Below, one piece after another: positions 10,734 through 22,622 of a stretch of DNA of 34,105 nucleotides; the first letter of the stretch is position 1, and each line of letters opens with the position of its first letter. The DNA comes from Octopus sinensis. Lineage: Eukaryota. The position numbers and the translations under genes were made by a program. The notes beneath the pieces are model-generated. The model ran no database searches, was not told where the DNA came from, and saw only the letters and a list, made by a program, of their open reading frames with translations. The DNA is taken from the NCBI RefSeq assembly GCF_006345805.1, contig NW_021831693.1:1-34105 (forward strand), read 5' to 3'.

Positions 10734-11154
10734 AGATCTTTTCGGTTTGAACGGCAGTTTTTTTAAAATAATTTCCACGTAACTAAACACTTTTAAACTT
10801 CGTATACTGGTAGAATGTGCTTATAAAACATCTTTTTCTCTTGGTTTTATTGAGAAAATTCTATCGTTTGTAAGATATTTGTTGTTGGTTTTTTCTTCAA
10901 TTTCTGTAATTTCAACCAATCAATGACGTCTATTGAGGTGAAAACATTCTGTGCCGTATGAATATGTCCCTCGTTTAAGAAATAGATTGGGTTTATTTAC
11001 ATTTCTGAAGAAAAAAAGATACCCTTCCCCCCACTCCTAACACTAACCCTAAAACAGATTGAAATGCAATAGATCGATACTAGGGTCATAATTATGGGTG
11101 AAAATTTCATATGACACCGCTAGAAAAAAACTGCCGTTCAAACCGAAAAGATCC
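10734..11154 (+). mobile_element. MITE with ~30-bp TIRs (GGATCTTTTCGGTTTGAACGGCAGTTTTT) and 8-bp TSD; copy 1
   Basis: TSD CCATCGCT at 10726-10733 and 11155-11162; internal CCCTAA-like tract; superfamily unresolved. Confidence 0.92.
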
Positions 11155-11751
11155 CCATCGCTTAATCTAATTTCTCTTCTATAAAAGTGAAGGATTTCTG
11201 CCTGCATCTGTAATAAATCAGTACATTTTCTCTAGAGTTCCGAACTAACGCATGATACTTGCCGGATGTCCGTTCCTACTGTGGTGGTGATATGATACAT
11301 CTCTTTCCTTCTCTCTATATCGAGATCACAGCGAGATTTGCTGTTGCCATATTGGACACTGTCTTGAATTTTGTCTTTGATATTAATCCAGCCAAAGAGT
11401 GGAATGGCTAAAAACAACAACAAAAGACGCCTAACAGCGCTGGTATCTGAGGAGTTATGTTAAGTGGACAATAGATAGAAGAATCAGAATTAGCTACGGA
11501 TCAAGGCAAAGCAATGAGACGCTGACAATAGCGTCTGTCAGCGGTAAGGGTGCCATATCAGACGAGATCTACCCAGAGAAAATTACTACAAGGGTATCAA
11601 TGACTCTGTTGTTTCTTTAACCTTTCCATTACGAGGAAAAAAGTTTTCAATTCATCTGTTAATGATATTATCTGAGTAAGAGCACGGTTTTCGACTTCAG
11701 TCTTATACGAACAATTCCCTCTCTGTAAGTGTATCATCGTGTAGATATTGC

Positions 11752-11960
11752 ATGTATGTATGTATGTATGTATGCATGTATGTATGTATGTATGTATGTA
11801 TGTATGTATGTATGTATGTATGCATGTATGTAAGTATGTATGTATGTATGTATGTATGTATATGTGTGTGTATGTATGTGTGTATGTATGTATGTATCTA
11901 TGTATGAATGTATGTATGTATGTATGAATGTATGTATGTGTGTATGTGTGTATGTATGAA
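11752..11960. repeat. (TATG)n array
   Basis: Direct reading. Confidence 0.95.
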
Positions 11961-12850
11961 CGTTTGTATGTTAATATATATATATATATATATATCTATA
12001 TATATGTATACACACACATATACAATGCATGTATGTGTTTGAGTATGTGTGTGTGAGAAAAAGAGCGAGCGAGAAAAAGAGAGAGAGAAAGAGAAAGAGA
12101 GAGAGAGAGAGAAAGAGAGTGTATATAAATAAATGTGTCGTATGTGTGCTTGTGTATGTAAATGTAAGATGCCACATGAATGTATTTTTAGCGTGCGTGT
12201 CGACGTGTGTTTACAGGCCCTTGTGTTCTAATGAGTACACGTACATGAGTATATATATATGAGTATATATATATAAGTATATATATATAATATATATATA
12301 TGTGTGTGTGATAAATAAAAATATATGCATACACACAAACATATATGTATGTACCTACATCTACATGTATATATACATGCATATATAAATAATTATACGT
12401 GAGTACAGGACACCACAATAAGACGTAGAAACGGGAAAATCAAAAAAACAAAAAACAAGAAAACGAAAAAACAAAACACAAGAAAACGAAAAAACGAAAG
12501 AAACAGTTACAGGACGTGCTACACAAGGAAAAAACCCCCGTCATCAGCGGTCGCTAGTAGAGTCAAGCATGTTTCGAAGGCAGAGACAGAACACTAATCC
12601 TATAGGCCTTCCTGCGAGAGAATTAAAATAAAATTCGAAGCAGCGGAGCAAAATGAGTACGAACACGAACAGAACGTTATGTTTATGTAAGTCAAAAATA
12701 TGGCTTTCTTCCTTTCATTAGCAAAAGACGAGTGAGAACATTTGTGTCACCTTCGTGTTCAGTGGAACCTCTACTTCATAGCTGCACCTGCTGGAAATAG
12801 AAGCTTAATTACCTTTGAATTACACTTTTTTTAATCCTAAAATAAAAGTA

Positions 12851-13270
12851 GGATCTTTTCGGTTTGAACGGCAGTTTTTAACATAATTTCTAGGTAACTA
12901 AAAAATTTTAAACTTCGTATACTGGTAGAATGTGTTTATAAAACATCCTTTTCTCTTGGTTTTATTGAGAAAATTTTATAGTTTGTAAGATACTTGTTTT
13001 TTTTCTTCAATTTCTGCAATTTCAACCAATCAATGACGCCCATTGAGGTAAAAAAAACATTCTGTGCCGTATGAATATGTCCCTCGTTTAAGAAACAGAT
13101 TGGGATTATTTACATCTACGTAGAAAAAAAGATACCCTTCCACCCACTGCTAACCCTAACCCTAACTAACGCTAACCCTAAATCAGATTGAAATGCAATA
13201 GATCGATACTAGGGTTATAATTATGGGTGACAATTTCATATGACACCGCTAGAAAAAACTGCCGTTCAAA
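12851..13270 (+). mobile_element. Same MITE, copy 2 (right TIR truncated)
   Basis: Colinear with copy 1; right TIR stops after GCCGTTCAAA. Confidence 0.9.
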
Positions 13271-13289
13271 ATAGAAGAACAAGGGGGTG

Positions 13290-13445
13290 AAGAGAAGAAA
13301 AAGAAGGAAAAGAAGGAGGAGGAAGACGACGACGACGACGAGGAAAAGAGTATTGGGGAGGAAGAGGAGGAGAAAAAAAAGAAAAAGAAAAAGAAGAAGA
13401 AGAAGAAAAAGAAGAAAAAGATACGAAAATGACGACGACGACGAC

Positions 13446-13478
<33 letters not shown>

Positions 13479-13500
13479 GGTGGTGGTGGTGGATTTGGTT
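13290..13500. repeat. Compound GAA/GAC/GAT/GGT triplet tract
   Basis: Direct reading. Confidence 0.9.
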
Positions 13501-13729
13501 GTGGTGCATAAAATCTGAAACGAAGAAATGATGAAACACGAATTTATAAGAATTTTGCTGGTTGATTGATGTATGTCATCAGTTCCCGTTAAGAAAGAAT
13601 GCGTATTTCTGAAAGTGTGTGTGTGTGTGTGTGTGAGTGGATGCTTTTAGTATCAAACAGGTTTTGCCATAGCAATCTCCGCATGACGACGAAGATAACA
13701 GCACTCTTACACTGCTGCAGGTGAATTAG

Positions 13730-13890
13730 ATATATATAAATATATAAATATATATATTATATATATATATATATGTATATAATAATATATATATATATAT
13801 ATATATATATTAAATATATATATATATATATGTATATAAATATATATATATGTATATGTATATATTTATATGTATATATTTATAAGTATG

Positions 13891-13921
<31 letters not shown>

Positions 13922-13959
13922 GTATATATTAATATGTATATATTTATATGTATGTATAT

Positions 13960-14023
<64 letters not shown>

Positions 14024-14032
14024 TTACATATG

Positions 14033-14078
<46 letters not shown>

Positions 14079-14085
14079 TATATAA
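13730..14085. repeat. (TA)n-rich microsatellite
   Basis: Direct reading. Confidence 0.95.
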
Positions 14086-14626
14086 ATAAACTGACGGCTG
14101 AGGGAAGTAAATAATAGAATAATGAAATAAATATAAAATAGGTAAAAACGTTGAGCTAAAGAAAGATCAAGAAGAAATCAGAAATATCTCTGATCTCAGC
14201 AGGTGTATTGAAACGATTTCTAAGACAACGCGTACCTCTTTCTTTTTTCTTTCTTGATGACTTTCACAGCTTAATGTTTCTTTTTCTTTTTTTTTTTTTT
14301 TTTGAATTTCTTTTTTATGATAGATACAGAACATTCATACGAAAATAAGTGACCTAAAATACTGCATTTTTATACTCTGTATATGTAAACAGGGTGTCGT
14401 CATTTGTGATGATGTTGTTAGTGTTGTTATTGTTGTTGGTTGTTGGTTGTTGTGTAAGCCTCTCGTAAGCCTGCTTTCAAGCAGACCCCTGATTGAGGTA
14501 GGGAAATTTTTTTTTCTCATTAGATTAAGCTGCAGTGACGTTAAATGCCATCTAACAAGAGTGATCTTTAAATATAACACGCAGAGACCCACACCCATCC
14601 ACCCACACACACACATATAGATAGAG

Positions 14627-14802
14627 AGGCGCAGGAGTCGCTGTGTGCTAAGTGGTTTGCTAACCAACCGTATAGTTCCTGGTTCATTTCCACTGCGTGG
14701 CACCTTGGGCAAAGTCTTCTGCTATAGCCTCTGGCTGACCAAAGCCTTGTGAGTGGATTTGGTAGGCGGTAAATGAAAGAAGCCTGTCGTATATATATAT
14801 AT

Positions 14803-14837
<35 letters not shown>

Positions 14838-15350
14838 TGTGTGTGTGTAAAAGAAAAATCATTATTTTATTTTTTTAAATAAATATTGTTTAACTCTATT
14901 TGCTTATTTATTCAACTATTATTGTTAACCTGAAGATTGACTATAATTTTAAATTGAATACATTTCAATTAAATTTCAATTTAATTGTAATTCGAATTTA
15001 ATTGTACCCATGAAACGTACGCAGAGTTTTTTACTTATTATATATTGATTATCCATTTTTATACTTTTTGAGATCTAGTTATATGTTTTATGAAAATATA
15101 TTTTATTTGTTATCTATGTTTTGGCTTATGTCTATCACTATTTGAGTTGCATAATGGTGGTTTTATCTCTAATTTATACTTTATATATATACATATGTCT
15201 GTGTTTGTCCCCTCACTATCGTTTAACAACCGATGTTGGTGTGTTTACGTCCCCGTAACTTAGTGGTTCAGCAAAAGTGATCGATAGAATAAGTACTAGT
15301 GCTCCTGCATGGCTGCAGTCAAAAATGACTGAAACAAGTAAAATGATAAA
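14627..15350 (+). mobile_element. SINE family C split by a ~340-bp AT-rich insert
   Basis: Head plus microsatellite 14627-14848; tail half resumes ~15190 with an internal deletion after GTACTAG. Confidence 0.75.
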
Positions 15351-15516
15351 AGGATAAAGGAATACACATAAGTACGGATGCACACAAACACAAGCTCATA
15401 TATATTAAGTATCTGTTGCGTATTTGGGGTCGATCTAATCGACTGGCCTCCTCCCGCAAAATTTCGGGCCTTGTACCTAGAGTAGAAATCAAAAGAATAT
15501 ATATAATACCAATGAT

Positions 15517-15830
15517 GGCGACGAGCTGGCAGAATCGTTAGCACGCCGGGCGAAATGCTTAGCGGTATTTCGTCTGCCGTTACGTTCTGAGTTCAAATTC
15601 TGCCGAGGTCGACTTTGCCTTTCATCCTTTTGGGGTCGATAAATTAAGTACTAGTTACGCACTGGGGTCGATGTAATCGACTTAATCCGTTTGTCTGTCC
15701 TTGTTTGTCCTCTCTGTGTTTAGCCCCTTGTGGATAGTAAAGAAATAGGCATTTCGTCTGCCGTTACGTTCAAATTCCGCCGAGGTCGACTTTGCCTTTC
15801 ATCCTTTCGGGGTCGATAAATTAAGCACCA
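15517..15830 (+). mobile_element. SINE family A plus partial second unit
   Basis: Junction GAAATAGGCATTTC at 15742-15755. Confidence 0.9.
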
Positions 15831-16055
15831 TTTAAAAACCAAAAAACTCTGGGTTGGGAAACAGGCGGAAGCTACTTGTTGGACTTGAACCATGCATTTT
15901 CTTTGCACCAAAGAAACCTTCACCAAATTAGAAGCTTTAAATCTGATATGTAAGAGAGTAATTCTGCTTGCGTTCAGAATATAAATACATAGGTACAGGT
16001 GCGGCTGTGTGGTAAGAAGCCTGTTTTCCAACGACAAGGCTCCCTCTATATGCAG

Positions 16056-16155
16056 GTCTGTGGAGTGCTCAGTCACTTGCACGTTAATCTGGTGAGCAGG
16101 CTATTCCATTGATTGGATCAACCGGAACCTTCGTCGTCGTAACCGAGGCGGTGCC
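16056..16155 (+). mobile_element. 3' fragment of SINE family D
   Basis: Matches the reverse complement of ~30078-30180. Confidence 0.75.
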
Positions 16156-16250
16156 CTAGTAAAGCGCTAGGAGAATGCGAATTGTTAATTCTTTAATCGA
16201 TCTAAAACCTTATGGTCTCAGCCAGCTGCAACGCTTATAAAACACATATT

Positions 16251-16695
16251 GGACCTTTTCAGTTTGAACGGCAGTTTTTTCTAGCGGTGTCATATGAAAT
16301 TGTCACCCATAATTATGACCCTAGTATCGATCTATTGCATTTCAATCTATTTTAGGGTTAGGGTTAGTTAGGGTTAGGGTTAGTTAGGGTTAGGGTTAGG
16401 GTGGGGGAAGGGTATGTTTTTTCTTCAAATATGTAAATAAACCCAATCTGTTTCTTAAACGTGGGACATATTCATACGGCACAGAATGTTTTCACCTCAA
16501 TAGACGTCACTGATTGGTTGAAATTGTAGAAATTGAAGAAAAAAAAAACAAATATCTTACAAACTATAGAATTTTCTCAATAAAGCCAAGAGAAAAAGAT
16601 GTTTTATAAACACATTCTACCAGCGTACGAAGTTTAAAAGTGTTTAGTTACGTGGAAATTATTTTAAAAAACTGCCGTTCAAACCGAAAAGATCC
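16251..16695 (-). mobile_element. Same MITE, copy 3 (inverted), with seven TTAGGG hexamers
   Basis: Both TIRs present; TTAGGG tract 16352-16401; 43-bp direct repeats at 16208-16250 and 16696-16738. Confidence 0.93.
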
Positions 16696-17201
16696 CCTTA
16701 TGGTCTCAGCCAGCTGCAACGCTTATAAAACACATATTCTCCGTAAGAGCTTTTGATGTTTAAGTTTAAAATCTGAAATACTTTTTTTGTTATATTTATA
16801 CAACGGAGAAGCTTCTGAAAATAACTATAAAACTTAAAAGCTTAAGACTCTAAGAGATATAAAACGTTAGATATTCAGCAGGCCTTCCTCTCTCTTCTCA
16901 TATACGCAGCTTATAAAAACAGGATTTAAATGAGACAGGCTAATGGTGATGGTACATGTAACCTTCGGCTTCAGGAATGGTTGATGCTTAACTGCTGACC
17001 AAGCAGGAAGTTATAGCTAACATTTTGTCGACCGTCTGAAATGACCACAAGCCAAACATCTGGCAAAGTCGTTAAGTTCTCACCAATTATTTTGGCATTT
17101 TCTTCTTATGGTAATTAATCAGGCACTTAATAAAGACGTACATTTTGTGAGCTTTGTGACGCAGGTGTCATGCTAAACTTATTATTTTTCTTTATATTTA
17201 A

Positions 17202-17435
17202 GGCGGCGAGCTGGCAGAAACGTTAGCACGCCGGGCGAAATGTTTAGCGGTAGTTCGTCTGCCGTTACGTTCTGAGTTCAAATTCCGCCGAGGAGGTCGA
17301 CTTTGCCTTTCATCCTTTCGAGGTCGATAAATATAGTACCAGTTTCGCACTGGGGTGGATGTAATCGGCTGAATCCCTTTCTCTGTCCTTATTTGTCCCC
17401 TCTATGTTTAGCCCCTTGTGGGTAGTAAAGAAATA
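17202..17435 (+). mobile_element. SINE family A, full length with 19-bp TSD
   Basis: TSD TATTTTTCTTTATATTTAA at 17183-17201 and 17436-17454; A-box TGGCAGAAACGTTAG, B-box GAGTTCAAATTCC; central block resembles (from memory) the Meta/MESC SINE domain. Confidence 0.93.
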
Positions 17436-17514
17436 TATTTTTCTTTATATTTAAAGACAGAATCATTACAGCGTCTGTAAAAAATGTTTCGTGGTATTTG
17501 TACCAATTTTTACA

Positions 17515-18529
17515 TTCTGAGTTCAAATCCTGTCGCGGTCAACTTTGCCTTTCATCTTTACGGGGTCGATAAAATAAAGTACTAATTAAGTTTTGGAGTT
17601 GATGATATCGACTATTGCTGACCGTGAGCCTAATTTTGAAGCTAAGGTGGTAGGCTGGTGAAGGTAGCGAGCTGGCAGAAACGTTAGCACGCCGGGCGAA
17701 ATGCTTAGCGGTATTTCGTCTGCCGTTACGTTCTGAGTTCGAATTCCGCCGAGGTCGACTTTGCCTTTCATCCTTTCGGGGTCGATAAATTAAGTACCAG
17801 TGACGCACCGGGGTCGATGTAATCGACTTAATACCTCTGTCTGTCCTTGTATGTCCCCTCTATGTTTAGCCCCTTGTGGGCAATAAAGAAATAAGAAATA
17901 AGAAACGTTAGCACGCCGGGCGAGATGCGTAGCCGTATTTCGTCTGTCGTTACGTTCTGAGTTCAAATCCTGTCGCGGTCAACTTTGCCTTTCATCTTTG
18001 CGGGGTCGATAAAATAAAGTACCAATTAAGTTTTGGAGTTGATGATATCGACTATTGCTGACCGTGAGCCTAATTTTGAAGCTAAGGTGGTAGGCTGGTG
18101 AAGGCAGCGAGCTGGCAGAAACGTTAGCACGCCGGGCGAGATGCGTAGCCGTATTTCGTCTGTCGTTACGTTCTGAGTTCAAATCCTGTCGCGGTCAACT
18201 TTGCCTTTCATCTTTGCGGGGTCGATAAAATAAAGTACCAATTAAGTTTTGGAGTTGATGATATCGACTATTGCTGACCGTGAGCCTAATTTTGAAGCTA
18301 AGGTGGTAGGCTGGTGAAGGCAGCGAGCTGGCAGAAACGTTAGCACGCCGGGCGAGATGCGTAGCCGTATTTCGTCTGTCGTTACGTTCTGAGTTCAAAT
18401 CCTGTCGCGGTCAACTTTGCCTTTCATCTTTGCGGGGTCGATAAAATAAAGTACCAATTAAGTTTTGAAGTTGATGATATCGACTAACCTTTCAACTCAC
18501 AATTGCTCACCGTGAGCCTAATTTTGAAG
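17515..18529 (+). repeat. 216-bp SINE-derived tandem array containing one full family A SINE (17667-17900)
   Basis: AGAAACGTTAGC recurs at 17677, 17901, 18117, 18333; ORFs 17979-18182 and 18195-18398 are identical. Confidence 0.93.
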
Positions 18530-18561
18530 GTTAACAGAATTATTAGCATTCCGAGTAAAAT

Positions 18562-18894
18562 GCACCACCTTTTAGTCGAGCAAATCGACCCCAGGACTTA
18601 TTCTTTGTAAGCCTGGTACTTATTCTATCGGTCTCGTTTGCCGAAACGCTAAGTTATGGGGACGTAAGCACACCAGCATCGGTTGTCAAGCGATGTTGAG
18701 GGGACAAACACAGACACACAAACATATACACACACACAGCATATATACATATATATATATATATATACATATATACGACGGGCTTCTTTAAGTTTCCGTC
18801 TACCAAGTACACTGATAAGGCTTTAGTCGGCCCGAGTGGGACTGAACCCAGAACGATGTGGATGGTAAGACAGCTACTTACCACACAGCCACTC
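18562..18894 (-). mobile_element. SINE family C lacking the CORE-like block
   Basis: GGCCCGAG joins directly to TGGGACTGAACC. Confidence 0.85.
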
Positions 18895-18949
18895 ACTCAT
18901 ACGTTATATAAATGAATGTTCGTAATTGCAACACATACCAAGGCAATAC

Positions 18950-19430
18950 TCGCCGCCGCCGCCAATATCCGATACAACCACCACCACCAGCACCACACCC
19001 ACAATCACCACCACCGCTTCCATCCCATCAGTACCACCACCGACGCATCCACCTCCACCCCATCATTACCAATACCGCTGCTACCACCAGCACCACGATA
19101 GCCGCCACCGCCACCACCACCAGCACATCACCGCCGCCACCGCCACCATATCACCGTCGCCACCACCATCACAATCATCATCTCCACCTACACCACCATC
19201 ACCGCCACCATTACCATCACCTCTACCATCACCACCTCCATTACCATCATCATCACCCCCATTAACATCACCACCACCACCACCAACACCACCACAACCA
19301 CCACCACCACCAACACCACCACAACCACCACCACCACCAACACCACCACAACCACCACCACAACCAACACCACCACAACCAACACCACCACCAACACTAC
19401 CACCAACACCACAACCACCACTACATCTCG
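18950..19430. repeat. (CCA)n-derived triplet array
   Basis: Direct reading. Confidence 0.92.
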
Positions 19431-19515
19431 CCCAAACTCTATAGTATGCATGAATTTATGTGTGCTTTTATTAGTGCGTATGTATGTCTGTCCACATGTG
19501 CATGAGTGTGTGTGT

Positions 19516-19548
<33 letters not shown>

Positions 19549-19824
19549 TGTGTGTGTGCCGTGTGTGTGTGTTTGTGATTTTGCGTGGCGGTGTAAGCAA
19601 AATGGTCGCCGTAAATAGATGTGACTTTAGCCTTAAACAAATTACTGTTTGAGTTAAGTTAAAAGCCACTTAGCTTCTTTCGGAAGAGTTCGTGGTTTTG
19701 GGGGACCCGTATCCAATGACATGACCTCTGTAACTGGGTACACTTTCATAGCTCGATTCCTTGACAAACACAAAACTTATTGGCACCTAACCAACTCTAC
19801 TTATCTCGTAGTCACAGCAATAAA

Positions 19825-19852
19825 TACATACATACATACATACATACATACA

Positions 19853-19886
<34 letters not shown>

Positions 19887-20139
19887 CATACATATATACA
19901 TACACACATACATACATACATACATACATACGTACATATATACATACATATATACATACACACTTACATACATACATACATACATATATACATACATACA
20001 TATATACATACATATATACATACACACTTACATACATACATACACACTTACATAGACACACACATACATACATACATATATACATACACACTTACATACA
20101 CACATACATGCATACATACATACATACATACATACTACA

Positions 20140-20170
<31 letters not shown>
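19825..20170. repeat. (ACAT)n array
   Basis: Direct reading. Confidence 0.95.
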
Positions 20171-20580
20171 GGGTATATAATTCTTGGACAAACATATACA
20201 TATACACCGTACTCATACACACATACCTATATGTATACATGTAGCCGGGTTACCTATCAGCTTAGCTAATTATTGACGATGACCCCAGCACCTATCTTTC
20301 AATTTAAGATTATACAATCAAAAACTCATTTACATACACACATGTATGTACACATATACACAAACATGTAAACTTCGGCACATACGCAAACTACATTTTA
20401 TGTGTGTGTTTGTGTGTGTGTGTGTACATACAGACAGAGCAAAAACTACGAGGTTAATACACAAATTAAATTTATATATAGATGTGTGTATGTGTGAAAG
20501 AGCGTTTCTGTGTATGGGAGTGTGTTTGCATAGAAGTGTGTGTGGTTCTTTGTATGCTTGTATCTCTGCCTCTCTCTCTC

Positions 20581-20646
<66 letters not shown>

Positions 20647-20649
20647 GGG

Positions 20650-20688
<39 letters not shown>

Positions 20689-20724
20689 GCACACACACAT
20701 ACACATAAACACATAAACGCTTCA

Positions 20725-20998
20725 ACACCGATTGTCAAGCAGTAGTGTGGGAATACGCATAGACATACACACACACACACACAAACAAACAAACACAAAC
20801 ACACACACACACACACACACACACAAGCATACATTCATTCAATGGGTTTCTTTCAGGTTCCAGCTGCCAAATCCACTTGCTAGGTTTTGGTCGGCCCTGG
20901 CCTTTTGTAGAAAGCCTATCGCACAAGATGTCACACAGTAGGACTGAACCCGGAACCATTTGGTTGGGAAGCATCATTCTAAATATACAGCCGCGCAC
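20725..20998 (-). mobile_element. Older, decayed family C SINE
   Basis: GGACTGAACCCGGAACCAT, CCAAATCCACT and TTGTCAAGC blocks in the expected order. Confidence 0.7.
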
Positions 20999-21039
20999 AT
21001 GTGTGTATGTACCTGTGAGTGTAGATAGATATATAAACA

Positions 21040-21077
21040 GATATTGATAGACAGACAGACATATACAGACAGACAGG

Positions 21078-21149
<72 letters not shown>

Positions 21150-21261
21150 GGACAGACAGACAGACAGACAGGTAGGCAGATAGACAAGCAGATGGACAGG
21201 CAGATGGACAGGCAGATAGACAGGCAGACAGACAGACAGACAGACAGATAGGTAAACAGAC

Positions 21262-21320
<59 letters not shown>

Positions 21321-21385
21321 CAGACACATAGATAGATATATAGATAGATTGATAGATAAATAGATAGATAGATAGACAGACAGAT
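21040..21385. repeat. (AGAT)n/(AGAC)n array
   Basis: Direct reading. Confidence 0.95.
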
Positions 21386-22164
21386 TAAGCGGGTAGAAAA
21401 TCTCTGATAGTTTTCTATGTCTGCATCGTACCCCAGGTACGCAAACACCTTTTCTGCACACAGCTAACTTATTCATTGGTATAGATTCTCAGACATATTT
21501 CCTGTTTTTGTTTTGTGTATGTATATGTAGATATGCATGTGTTTGTGTATATGTTGATTTGTTTCAGTGTATGTGTGTGTGCATGCATGTGTGTATATGT
21601 GTGTGTGTGTGTGTTTTAGTATGCAAGTATGTGCGTTAAGTGGTTGCATATAAAACACCTGTCCACAAGCAAGCACGCATTCACAGAACGCCACCCGATT
21701 TCTTCCAACAACCTACATAGAGCCAGACGCAAGGATAAATACGTGTATATGTACTTAAGTGGACACACCCGGTTAATTGGTCAACTAAGTGCAGTGTCTG
21801 AAAGCCTGGATTGGAGATTGGCCCGAAGGAGTGGGGGTGTTAGTTAATCAACCTGGTTCTCTAATTCTCACTGACGTTCTAATCAGTTTTGAAGAAATGG
21901 ACAAATTGGAACCGTCTTGGCTGTCAGAAACTGATTACAGACAGAACACTTACGCATGCGCCGCACATGCTTGGATGCACATACATACATACACACAAGT
22001 ACACGTTCACATACCATTTGCGTAGGTGTGTGTGTATATATATATATATATGTGTATGTATGTATGTATATATAATATATATATATATTATATATATCAT
22101 ACATTACATACATAATACATACACATATACAAATATATATATATATAATATATAGGTAAAGAAA

Positions 22165-22326
22165 AATTATAAAAAGGCAGAATGCTAAATTGAAGGTAAA
22201 TTTTAATGAAAATGGGTGTATGGAAAATTTTTAAGATTTAAAAATATATATATATATATAAAATATTCCATACACCCATTTTCATTAAAATTTACCTTCA
22301 ATTTAGCATTCTGCCTTTTTATAATT
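22165..22326. repeat. Perfect 61-bp inverted repeat with 40-nt spacer
   Basis: 22165-22225 is the exact reverse complement of 22266-22326. Confidence 0.95.
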
Positions 22327-22459
22327 ATATATAATTATAATTGTATAAATGCCTATCACTTCTCCACGTGCGCTCAACACAACCCCACCATTTATTGTGT
22401 ATATATATATATGTATATACATATATATATATACACACACATTCATACATTCATGTTGG

Positions 22460-22622
22460 GGAGAATTCACCAAAAAAAAAAAACAAAAGACGAAAACAGG
22501 TGGTGTAGACTACAAACAGATGTATTAGTTTAACGCTCGGGAAGTGAAAAAGTCTTTAACGTTTCGAGCCTATGCTCTTCCAGAGAAAGGAACACGGGAA
22601 GAAACAAGGAGAGAAAATAAAT
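22460..22622 (-). mobile_element. Penelope-like terminal-repeat fragment
   Basis: GAAGAGC..GCTCGAAACGT motif of the kind found at PLE ends; family assignment from memory only. Confidence 0.35.

Noticed and set aside
12521-12590. GAAAC...CTGATGA permuted hammerhead-like words
   Set aside because: Stems I and III and a cleavage triplet cannot be formed.
13661-13720. 60-nt AG...GT mini-exon candidate
   Set aside because: Weak acceptor and no recognisable peptide.
17539-18398. Repeated peptide YRPRKDERQSRPRRN in many ORFs
   Set aside because: Antisense translation of the SINE body, not a gene family.
17677-18529. CRISPR-like repeat periodicity
   Set aside because: Whole units are identical, with no unique spacers; eukaryotic SINE sequence; no cas genes.
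21640-22025. Short ORFs and TAAT-rich, enhancer-like stretch
   Set aside because: No homology; TAAT cores are expected in AT-rich DNA.
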